DNA of 30,614 bases from positions 1 to 30,614 of the IMG/VR virus record IMGVR_UViG_3300021963_000456; one strand, 5' to 3'. The notes below the pieces were generated by a model that was not told the DNA's origin, made no database searches, and saw nothing but the letters and a program-made list of their open reading frames with translations. The stretch is from a virus (taxonomy: Duplodnaviria; Caudoviricetes). Position numbers and translations under genes: made by a program. Below, piece by piece: positions 7,951 through 16,095 of this stretch (position 1 is its first letter; each line of letters opens with the position of its first letter).

Positions 7951-8096
7951 CAACACGCATGGGGATTGAGTCGCCTCACCCTGTACCAGTAAAGTGGTGC
8001 CGTTCACAAGCAGGGGCAGTCTCCAGCCGTGTTGGTGAAAGCGGATGCTGTCGGCGTACCTGCGGGGATGACCCATAGACGTAGCGAGTAGCCAAC
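7951..8096 (+). ncRNA. Candidate two-domain structured RNA preceding the tRNA
   Basis: CAACACG/CGTGTTG, GGGGATTG/CAGTCTCC and CCCTG/CAGGG; second domain GTTGGT-GAAA-GC...GC-GAGTA-GCCAAC. Confidence 0.6.
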
Positions 8097-8105
8097 AACC
8101 TACAC

Positions 8106-8182
8106 AGCAGGGTAGCTCAGGTCGGTAGAGCACTCGGTTCATACCCGAAGGGTCGTTGGTTCAAATCCAGCCCCTGCAACCA
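8106..8182 (+). tRNA. tRNA with CAT anticodon (Met; initiator-like acceptor arm), CCA encoded
   Basis: Cloverleaf: AGCAGGG/CCCTGCA, D-stem GCTC/GAGC, anticodon loop TTCATAC, T-arm GTTGG-TTCAAAT-CCAGC, ACCA end. Confidence 0.93.
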
Positions 8183-8272
8183 TCATGTACAAAAATCGGC
8201 AATAAGTAGACATGACACTTGACTCATGTACACAAAACCCCAAAAACTGTACATGACACTTGTTGACACTTG
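8183..8272. repeat. Two tandem 41-nt units with inverted ends (TCATGT...ACATGA-CACTTG)
   Basis: TCATGTAC at 8183 and 8224; ACATGACACTTG at 8210 and 8251; extra GACACTTG at 8265. Confidence 0.8.
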
Positions 8273-8290
8273 TCGACTCATATGTATAAT
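8263..8290 (+). promoter_or_regulatory. Consensus sigma70 promoter
   Basis: TTGACA (8263-8268)-16 nt-TATAAT (8285-8290). Confidence 0.85.
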
Positions 8291-8298
8291 TCTCTACA

Positions 8299-8449
8299 TC
8301 AACGGACTGGTAACCCGTTGAAGTTCATCACAACGCAACCCCGAACCCATTGTGGAGCGGGCTTCGTCAAAGCTAAAAGATACTGGTGATGCAGTCTTTT
8401 ATGCGGCAACCAAGCCCAAAGCTCGTTCCACAATGGGTTTTGTGCTTTT
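8299..8449 (+). ncRNA. C4/CI-antisense-like structured RNA
   Basis: Hairpin TCAACGG/CCGTTGA; 21-bp stem 8344-8364/8419-8439 enclosing two hairpins; loop complementarity TGGT/ACCA; T-rich tail. Confidence 0.6.
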
Positions 8450-8451
8450 AG

Positions 8452-8672
8452 CCGCCCAGATCATGCGGTACGTCGGTGGTGATCTGAGACTACCCTGCAA
8501 CACGAGCAAGCCAAAGCAGGGAACGTGGGCGAATTGCTAGAGCGTGGTGGTTGAAATAGTCTGGCATAGTGCAGGCGATGACATGGCTCCATACAGAGGG
8601 TTCATCCAAGCACAGAGCGAACTGTTGGTTTTGACCACGGTAAGGCTGTGCTTTGCTCCAACATCCACCACC
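8452..8672 (+). ncRNA. Candidate large structured RNA of unknown class
   Basis: CAGATCA/TGATCTG, CCCTGC/GCAGGG, TGGTGG/CCACCA, AAGCACAG/CTGTGCTT and ACTGT-TGGT/ACCA-CGGT; no credible ORF. Confidence 0.55.
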
Positions 8673-8685
8673 AGAGGGTACAAGA

Positions 8686-8943
8686 ATGAAGATATGCAAC
8701 TGTGGGGGTCAAGTCAGGCAACATGAACTGACTGGCGACAGAGAGGCATGGACATGCAATACCTGCGGTAGGTACGAGATAGTCAGTCGCTCCTTACCTA
8801 TGGACTTGACAGACATGAACGGGTATGATCCAGCAACTTCAATACCGAGGTCGCAATGCCCAATCCTCGCCTGTACCCAAAGCTGTCAACCCAAGCCATT
8901 GTTCAGTCAAAGGGATTCGACCCAAATGTCCCTTCTCCCCTGA
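8686..8943 (+). CDS. Small Zn-ribbon protein (MKICNCGG...WTCNTCG)
   Basis: GAGGG before the ATG at 8686; CxC...CxxC; the tail overlaps the next gene. Confidence 0.55.
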   Translation: MKICNCGGQVRQHELTGDREAWTCNTCGRYEIVSRSLPMDLTDMNGYDPATSIPRSQCPILACTQSCQPKPLFSQRDSTQMSLLP

Positions 8944-11900
8944 GTCAGGCGCATTCCCGCAGGATGGTTGAGCAACAGGTTGCCGATGCAAAGGCAAAGG
9001 ACATGCGCCTGTCCCCGTTGGACAGAGCCATTGCTGGTTTGGAAGCTGTAGCCATGGCAGGTTCAGCAATGTTTGAATCCATCCAACAAGCCCCCAAGCT
9101 GTTACAGGGCGAAGACGCATACGCCCAAGCCATTGGTAACCGCATGTATATGCCCCGCCAACAGCCTGAAAAGGCAATGGAGTACCTTGACAACGCACTG
9201 AACTTCGTTGACCGCCTACAGACCGAATACAAGCTCCCACCCATCATGCCTGAACTGGCTGGCTTCCAACCACTGGCTCAAGCCGCACAACAACAGGTTG
9301 GGCAGGGTGTCAAGCGTGGAGCCTTGCAAGCAGGCATGGCTGTTGAACGGTCGTTGGACAAGCCTGTGACCGACATCATGAACCGTGGCGGCATTGGCTC
9401 TGAGTTGCTGGGTTCCTTTAACACGCAACCTGCTCAGGTGGTCAAGCCCAAGGGTGGCAACTGGCGCACCAGCAATATGAGCGGCGGTATTGAAAGAAGC
9501 TTGGAATCGCTGAAGTCTCCAAAGATTGCGGGTGAGACACCTGCTGAGCGCATACCCAAACATGAAGCTTTGTTAAATGATCCAACATTAAATCAGGATC
9601 AACTTGACAGAGTGCGCTACCAGTTGGAGCAAACCAAAGGTGAAGCCGCACTTGATAAGTGGATTGAAAGCAATATTGCCAACTACCTCAAAAAGGACAT
9701 GGCAACTCCCACCGATCCTGTGCGACTGATGATGGATAAACGTGTGGGGGAGATTGAGGCGCAGTTCAATGTGGACATGCAACGTGCGCAACGCACCCGT
9801 GCAAGGGCTGAAGCAGAGCCTGATCCACGCAGGCAAGCCAACATGATGCGCCAAGCCCAGCGTGAAGAAGAGCAGGCAACGTTCGACCGTGACTTTGCTA
9901 TGGATCATGTCACGCATTTGCCCAAGGATGAGTTTGGCCCAGATGAGGACGCTTTGATTGATCTTCAGTCCAAGCGCCAGCAAGCTGGGTTTGCGCCAGA
10001 AGGCATGGCAACATCAGAGCCTGCCAAGCGATGGGAAAACATATCTGACGAAGCCATTGACATCAAACGTGCTGGTGACATACAAGCTCAAAAGCAATTG
10101 ATGATTGATGCTCAAAATGCTGATAGAGCATTGGCTGAGAAAAATGCTGAGATAAGTCAAAAATTTGATGAGTGGTTTGATTCCAGAGGCGTACCGCTGA
10201 CCGAAGAACAAAAAGCATCAGTAAAAAATAGAATGTCTCCTCAAGAAAAAGCGACGCTCGTTGGGGACACAGAATATGAGGCTATAAGAAACAACGCCAA
10301 CGATGCAATGTCCAAGATCAAGACAGCAGATTGGCATGCTGGCGAACAAAACCCATTCATATCCAAGCTTGACCCAGAGACCAGCACCTACTCTGCATAC
10401 ATAGATGAACTTGGCATAGACCACGTTGTTGATGTCATCAAGCAGGATTTAGCCGCTGGTCGCATCCGTCCTGAGCAACTGAACAAGCTATCGATGGATC
10501 AAGCTATTCAACGCACCGCCGAGTTCAATATGGAACAGGCAAAGAAGATGCGTGAGACTGCCATCAAAAACATGGAAGGCTTCCCTACATACAAAGACTA
10601 TGGGGACGAGGGCTACAAGTGGATTGAGTTGAAGAGACCTGAAGATTTGACTGAGTTGCCGCCAACACATCAAGTAGAACCTTACGAAAGCAAGGTGCAT
10701 GGTGGCACTGCATATCGTGTCGTCAACAAAGAGACTGGCATGAAAAGCGAAGGATTTAAAACGCCAGAACGTGCAACGCAAGAATTCTTGAAAGAACATT
10801 CCGAAGAGAGATTGGCTGAAGCCCTCAAGTATGAAGGCGACACCATGGGCCACTGCGTTGGTGGCTATTGCCCTGATGTAATCTCTGGCAAGTCCAAAAT
10901 CTATTCATTGCGTGACAGGCGTGGTGAGCCACATGTAACGGTGGAGGTGAACCCAGCAAGTGTTGATAGAGGCACTTTCCCTGTGGATACTTGGTTTAAA
11001 AGTCAATCAAAAGAAGTGCAAGACTCTATAACCGATGCAGGCTACACGGGATACAACATACGCTATTCACCTCAATTTAAAGAAGCCGAGGCATCTGCGC
11101 CAGCGTCAATTCGTCAGATCAAAGGCAAGCAAAACGCCGCACCCAAAGCAGACTACTTGCCATACGTTCAGGACTTTGTGCGCAGTGCTGAATGGACAGA
11201 TGTAGGTGACCTCAAGAACACGGGTCTTGTCAAGTACGAAGGCAAGATCATGACCCAATCCGAAGCTGATGATCTGCTGTACAAGCAATTGAACGCAGAC
11301 ATGCCCGGCATCACTGATGAGCTTGGCTTGACAAACCCACCACCTGAGCCGCCCATCGAAGGCATGAAGCGTGGTGGTGCTGTGAGCATCTCTGACAACC
11401 CTGACACCATGATGATGGAGTTGGAAGACCAAAAGTTTGCCGTGGGTGGAGCCGCCATCAAGCGTGTGTTGAAGATTGCAGACCATGCAGAACGTGCCAA
11501 AAAAGCGCAAGAGCTTTTGGTTCGTATGTCAACCAGCGGTCAGGTCGATCCAGAAGCCCAACGTGCTTTGCTCAAGGCGCAGTCTGGCGCACGGTCACTG
11601 CCAACCGTATTGCCACGGGCAAAGCCCAAGACCAAGGATGAGATCAGAGCATACGCACAACGCACCGCTGATCAACTCAATGCAATACAGCAAGGCAAGT
11701 TCCTTCGTGAAGACCCAACTGGCGCATCAATCAATGCCGCAGGCAAGTCAAAGAAACAGTGGGAGATGGAGCAGGGCTTGACCCATGACATCAGACCGCT
11801 TGGACTGCCACTTGATCCAATCAAGACAGCCAACATTGAAGACCAGCTTGGCATGTTGAAGCTTGGCATTTCAGGCGACACATCTATATCAGATCAAAAG

Positions 11901-13550
11901 CTATATCGGGCTGGTCAGTACGGACTTCAAAGCCCATCTGAACAACAGGGTGGCCCATACTTCGGATTGAGAAAACGGGCTGACCCTGCCGCATGGGCAT
12001 CCAACGTGCCTGTGCTTGAGAACTTGCAACGAGATGTTGGTGAATTTTCCAGAGCCTATGGTGACGTGCCTGTGATTGGGCAGTACAACTCAATGGGGCC
12101 GCAAGGTACGAACTTTGCCCAGCACTTTGCTGATGCCAATCTGGAAGCTATTGCCAGCCATGGACTGACACCAAGTCAAGCTGAACAAGTAAACAATTTG
12201 ATCAAGATGGGAAATGCCAAGTCTGGCGCATTTCCAGACTTCCCCGGTGTCGAAGACCCTGCTGGCGCTTACTTCTACTTTTCGTTTTACCCTGAGTTGC
12301 GCAAGCACTTCAACGACATCATGACCAAGCCTGACATCACCACCAAGCTTGGATTGCCTGATGGTCGTGTGATCCTGCATGCCATCACAGACCCTGAACT
12401 GCGTGACATGCCTTTGCTGACATCGGGCAAGGCGCAATACCAATTGGTTCCGAGCCAAGACCCCAAGAACTTGCCTTTGTCTGAGCATTCAACCTACACG
12501 CACAACCTGCCACGAGACCCTGACGCACCTGTCACACAAACACCCTTCCCTATCCCTGCTGAGTTTGAATTCTCTGATGTGACCGAGTACGCCAAGCCAC
12601 GGTACAAGCCAAGCGAGATGACCCGTGTCATACAAACAGCGGCTCCTCGTCAGATTGTTGACCCTCAGCATATTGACGAGATCAAGCAATACGAAGACTT
12701 CATGCGTCAATACACACCTCAATCTGAAAAGAAAAAGGAAGGTGGCTTGATCAAGGTCAAGCGCAAGGCAGGTGGTGGCATCATCAAGAAAGCAATTAAA
12801 GCCGCAGGCAAGGCTGTCGAAGCGCCAGCCACCAAGCGTTTGGAAATGAGCTTCAAGGACGTTGCCAAGCCTGTGCCAGAGCTTACTGAAGCCTCTCAAA
12901 AACTCAAGGCTGGTCAGCTATCCCGTGAGGAATACGAAGCTCTTGTGAACAAGCACAAGCCTGTTACGCCCTATTCCTTTGTCCCACAACCCGCAACGGC
13001 TGAAGATGCAAATCGTGCGCTGAACGTATCGCAACGCACAAAGTTCGGCAAGGTTCAAGACATCACGCCCGGAACACCCACGGGTTTGCGGCTGGACATC
13101 AATGCCTACAAAGACCATGGCGTGTGGGTAAATTCCATCCACCCCAAGGACATGCCAACGACATACAACAATGTGTCGTCTGTCACCAATGCTGAAATGA
13201 TCATGCCTGAAGAGAAGGCTTTGGAAGTGGCAACCAGAGAAAAGAACAAGTCACCATTTGCTGTGATCAAGGGTGGGTGGAATCCAATCAGCGAAGAGGA
13301 TGCTGTTGCCAGAGCGCAGGAATACCTGAACCATCCAGACTGGGTGCAGGTGGGCATTGATCCTGAACGACATGGCTACTACTACAACCGTGCCACCATG
13401 GAGCCAATAGTCAGGGCTGAAGAGGTAATCCAGATTGGCCCACTCGTGTTGGCAAAGAAGCCAGTCACAGCGCCCAAGGAAGCCTTCAAATACGCCCGTG
13501 GTGGTGTCGTCAACGCCAATGACTTGATCCTGACTGAGAGACCGCTATGA
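8856..13550 (+). CDS. Large modular polyvalent (probably virion-internal) protein with a PcfJ-like domain, 1564 aa
   Basis: GAGG RBS; EGDTMGHCVGGY...IYSLRD...TVE...QIKGKQN (about 10820-11140) is PcfJ-like; modules are separated by xxxGG linkers. Confidence 0.85.
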   Translation: MPNPRLYPKLSTQAIVQSKGFDPNVPSPLSQAHSRRMVEQQVADAKAKDMRLSPLDRAIAGLEAVAMAGSAMFESIQQAPKLLQGEDAYAQAIGNRMYMPRQQPEKAMEYLDNALNFVDRLQTEYKLPPIMPELAGFQPLAQAAQQQVGQGVKRGALQAGMAVERSLDKPVTDIMNRGGIGSELLGSFNTQPAQVVKPKGGNWRTSNMSGGIERSLESLKSPKIAGETPAERIPKHEALLNDPTLNQDQLDRVRYQLEQTKGEAALDKWIESNIANYLKKDMATPTDPVRLMMDKRVGEIEAQFNVDMQRAQRTRARAEAEPDPRRQANMMRQAQREEEQATFDRDFAMDHVTHLPKDEFGPDEDALIDLQSKRQQAGFAPEGMATSEPAKRWENISDEAIDIKRAGDIQAQKQLMIDAQNADRALAEKNAEISQKFDEWFDSRGVPLTEEQKASVKNRMSPQEKATLVGDTEYEAIRNNANDAMSKIKTADWHAGEQNPFISKLDPETSTYSAYIDELGIDHVVDVIKQDLAAGRIRPEQLNKLSMDQAIQRTAEFNMEQAKKMRETAIKNMEGFPTYKDYGDEGYKWIELKRPEDLTELPPTHQVEPYESKVHGGTAYRVVNKETGMKSEGFKTPERATQEFLKEHSEERLAEALKYEGDTMGHCVGGYCPDVISGKSKIYSLRDRRGEPHVTVEVNPASVDRGTFPVDTWFKSQSKEVQDSITDAGYTGYNIRYSPQFKEAEASAPASIRQIKGKQNAAPKADYLPYVQDFVRSAEWTDVGDLKNTGLVKYEGKIMTQSEADDLLYKQLNADMPGITDELGLTNPPPEPPIEGMKRGGAVSISDNPDTMMMELEDQKFAVGGAAIKRVLKIADHAERAKKAQELLVRMSTSGQVDPEAQRALLKAQSGARSLPTVLPRAKPKTKDEIRAYAQRTADQLNAIQQGKFLREDPTGASINAAGKSKKQWEMEQGLTHDIRPLGLPLDPIKTANIEDQLGMLKLGISGDTSISDQKLYRAGQYGLQSPSEQQGGPYFGLRKRADPAAWASNVPVLENLQRDVGEFSRAYGDVPVIGQYNSMGPQGTNFAQHFADANLEAIASHGLTPSQAEQVNNLIKMGNAKSGAFPDFPGVEDPAGAYFYFSFYPELRKHFNDIMTKPDITTKLGLPDGRVILHAITDPELRDMPLLTSGKAQYQLVPSQDPKNLPLSEHSTYTHNLPRDPDAPVTQTPFPIPAEFEFSDVTEYAKPRYKPSEMTRVIQTAAPRQIVDPQHIDEIKQYEDFMRQYTPQSEKKKEGGLIKVKRKAGGGIIKKAIKAAGKAVEAPATKRLEMSFKDVAKPVPELTEASQKLKAGQLSREEYEALVNKHKPVTPYSFVPQPATAEDANRALNVSQRTKFGKVQDITPGTPTGLRLDINAYKDHGVWVNSIHPKDMPTTYNNVSSVTNAEMIMPEEKALEVATREKNKSPFAVIKGGWNPISEEDAVARAQEYLNHPDWVQVGIDPERHGYYYNRATMEPIVRAEEVIQIGPLVLAKKPVTAPKEAFKYARGGVVNANDLILTERPL

Positions 13551-16093
13551 ACTTGATTGCAAACGCCATCAGGGCGGCAAAGGTTGGCGCAAAGACTGTA
13601 TCGAAGAACCAGCCGTTTTACTCAGCCGCAGACAAGGCGGCACTTGCACTGGCAAGAACAAAGGGTACGGGCAAAGAGTTCATGACGGAACTCAAGAAGA
13701 CCAAAGGTGTCAAACCAGCAGAGATTCAGCATCGCAAGCTTGAGCAGATTGAAGAGATGCCAAAGATGACCAAGGAGCAGTTCCTTGCTGAGTTGGAGAA
13801 GCGTCCACCTGCTGACGTGTCAGAGAATGTGTTGGAGCCTGTGACGCTGAAGATGAAGAATGATGTTGCCGAGGAGATGTTCCCCGGTCGCAACGACTAC
13901 ACCGACTACGTTGACCTCAACGCATCGCAACGACAAGCAGTTGATGAAGCCATTGAGTCACGCAAAGCACAGTACCGACAGTACACCATCCCCAAGGGCG
14001 AAAACTACAGGGAAATCCTGTTGCAACTCCCCTCCTTCATGGATGAAGAACGCCTGATGTACTTGGATGCTAAGAAGCGCCATGGTGGTTTGCACCCTGA
14101 GCTTGCACGAGAGTACGAACGACTCAAGGCAGAAAAGGAATCATTCCAACCTGAATATTTGAGCAGGCATTGGCAAGGCAATCCAAACGTATTGGCGCAC
14201 ATGCGTGTGTCTGACAGGATGACACCTGAAGGCAAAAAAATATTGCACGTTGAGGAAATTCAATCTGACTGGCATCAGGAAGGGCGCAACAAAGGATACA
14301 AGACCAATGAGTCTACTCAAGACATAGAAGCCTTAGCCAAAGAAGACATGGATAAATTTTATGGTCGTGGAAAAGGAGACATGTCTGATGAGGAATGGAA
14401 GGCGCTGGGCGATAGAGTTGAAGGTTGGCACAAAAAGATAAATCAATCTGTTCAAGGTGTCCCTGACGCACCATTCAAAAAGAACTGGCATGAGTTGGCA
14501 ATGAAGCGACTTATCAACTATGCCGCAGAGAATGGGTATGACAGCGTTGCCATCACGCCCGGTGTCGAGCAAGCGAAACGCTATGACCTGAGCAAGCACG
14601 TCAGCGAAATAAGCTATGGCACAAATCCAGATGGCTCTTATTCATTGACCGCAATTGATAAAAACGGCAGACCAGTAATCAGCAAAGCAAGCATCTCGCA
14701 GTCTGAACTAGAAGACACTGTTGGCAAAGAGATGTCGAAAAAGATTGTCGAAGGACAAGGCAAAGAGTACCCCGCTGGAAGTGCCAGTGAAGGCAAGAAA
14801 TCATTGTCTGGTCTTGATTTGCAAGTTGGTGGCGAAGGCATGCTTGGCTTCTACGACAAAATACTGCCTGACTACCTGAACCAGTTTGGCAAACCATACG
14901 GATCACAAGTTGAGTTGGGTGGCTTCAAGATAAAAGGTGATCCTTCCATGCGTGGTGAGGCATCAGAACGCCTTGGTCTTGCTGGGCAAAGATTCGATGA
15001 GATGACACCAGAGGAGATAGAAGCGTTCAACGCCAAGTTGGATGAAGCTAATGCCGTACCCCTGCACAACTTCCCCATCACCCCGCAGATGCGTGAAGAG
15101 GTCACCCAAGGGGGACTTCCTATGTACCAGCAGATTGGCCTCCCAATAGGCACAGGCGCTGTTGGCACACAAATAGAAGTGCCACAAAAGCAAGAGACCG
15201 AAGAACTTACATACGCCATGGGTGGTGCTGTGGATGACACAACGCCTGACATGAGTGACAGTGGACAGTTCCTCCAAGGTAGCGCATTCAAGCGTGGTGG
15301 TAAGGTGCATATCGCAGACAATCCAGACGTTATGTTCATGGAACTTAATGACAAAAAGCTTGCTGGTGGCGGCATATTGAAGAAAGCTTTGCAAGTCGCC
15401 AAGCCTGCTATTAAAGGCATGCAAGAGGTTTTGCCAGCAGTTGAGCGTGAAGCTAACCTTAAAAAGTTTCTTGCACCATCGGCGGAAAAGCGCAGAATGT
15501 ATCACGGCTCTAAGGAGCCAAACATTAAAGAATTTAAAACTAGAAAGGAAATGACTGACGATAGCATGAAGACTGGTCATTACGCTGACGAGCGTGACGC
15601 AGTATTCTTGTCGCCAGAGCCTCAGTTTACTAAGCACTTCTCTCAAGAAGGCTACACAGACACGCATCAAGCGCCAACTACATATCCAGTCCATGTGCAG
15701 ATTGAAAGGCCGTTTGACTTTGACAATCCAGAACATTTGGGAAAGGTCAAGGAAACGTATCTTGATATGTATCACAACCCTGAATCAGATTTGTATGACC
15801 CATATATGTTGCCATCTGAGCGATCTATGGCAATACATACATTCAACAAACGTGTTGATAATTTACCAAACGACGAAAACAACTGGGCAAGAATTGAAAA
15901 TAAAGACTTTCAAGAAGTTCTAAAAGATTTAGGTTTTGATTCTTTTTACACTCGTGAGCGTGGAACTAAAAATCTTGGTATATACGAACCAAATAGAATC
16001 AAGTCCGCACTTGGCAATCGTGGTACATACGACATCAATGAGCCAGATATCAACAAGCGCACAGGCGGCTTGGCAAACATTAAAAGGAAGTAA
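13547..16093 (+). CDS. Modular polyvalent protein: EEIQSDWHQ-type domain plus C-terminal ADP-ribosyltransferase (ART-PolyVal-like), 848 aa
   Basis: ATGA coupling; C-terminal MYHGS...VFLS...YPVHV..ERP...GFDS...YEPNRIKSALGNRGTYD..EPDI pattern. Confidence 0.82.
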   Translation: MNLIANAIRAAKVGAKTVSKNQPFYSAADKAALALARTKGTGKEFMTELKKTKGVKPAEIQHRKLEQIEEMPKMTKEQFLAELEKRPPADVSENVLEPVTLKMKNDVAEEMFPGRNDYTDYVDLNASQRQAVDEAIESRKAQYRQYTIPKGENYREILLQLPSFMDEERLMYLDAKKRHGGLHPELAREYERLKAEKESFQPEYLSRHWQGNPNVLAHMRVSDRMTPEGKKILHVEEIQSDWHQEGRNKGYKTNESTQDIEALAKEDMDKFYGRGKGDMSDEEWKALGDRVEGWHKKINQSVQGVPDAPFKKNWHELAMKRLINYAAENGYDSVAITPGVEQAKRYDLSKHVSEISYGTNPDGSYSLTAIDKNGRPVISKASISQSELEDTVGKEMSKKIVEGQGKEYPAGSASEGKKSLSGLDLQVGGEGMLGFYDKILPDYLNQFGKPYGSQVELGGFKIKGDPSMRGEASERLGLAGQRFDEMTPEEIEAFNAKLDEANAVPLHNFPITPQMREEVTQGGLPMYQQIGLPIGTGAVGTQIEVPQKQETEELTYAMGGAVDDTTPDMSDSGQFLQGSAFKRGGKVHIADNPDVMFMELNDKKLAGGGILKKALQVAKPAIKGMQEVLPAVEREANLKKFLAPSAEKRRMYHGSKEPNIKEFKTRKEMTDDSMKTGHYADERDAVFLSPEPQFTKHFSQEGYTDTHQAPTTYPVHVQIERPFDFDNPEHLGKVKETYLDMYHNPESDLYDPYMLPSERSMAIHTFNKRVDNLPNDENNWARIENKDFQEVLKDLGFDSFYTRERGTKNLGIYEPNRIKSALGNRGTYDINEPDINKRTGGLANIKRK

Positions 16094-16095
16094 CC

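Noticed and set aside
7951-8096. Assignment to hammerhead, twister, twister-sister, pistol, HDV/theta or hairpin ribozyme
   Set aside because: I could not find the conserved cores by eye; left as an unassigned structured RNA.
8183-8272. Mini CRISPR array
   Set aside because: Only two units, the variable part is about 19 nt, and there are no cas genes; kept as a tandem repeat.
8352-8726. ORFs 8352-8540, 8544-8726 and 8490-8699
   Set aside because: No good RBS and not protein-like; the region is better explained by RNA structure.
8806-8829. TTGACA...TATGAT promoter for the 1564-aa gene
   Set aside because: The spacer is only 12 nt. The alternative TGGACT-17-TATGAT is possible but too weak to call.
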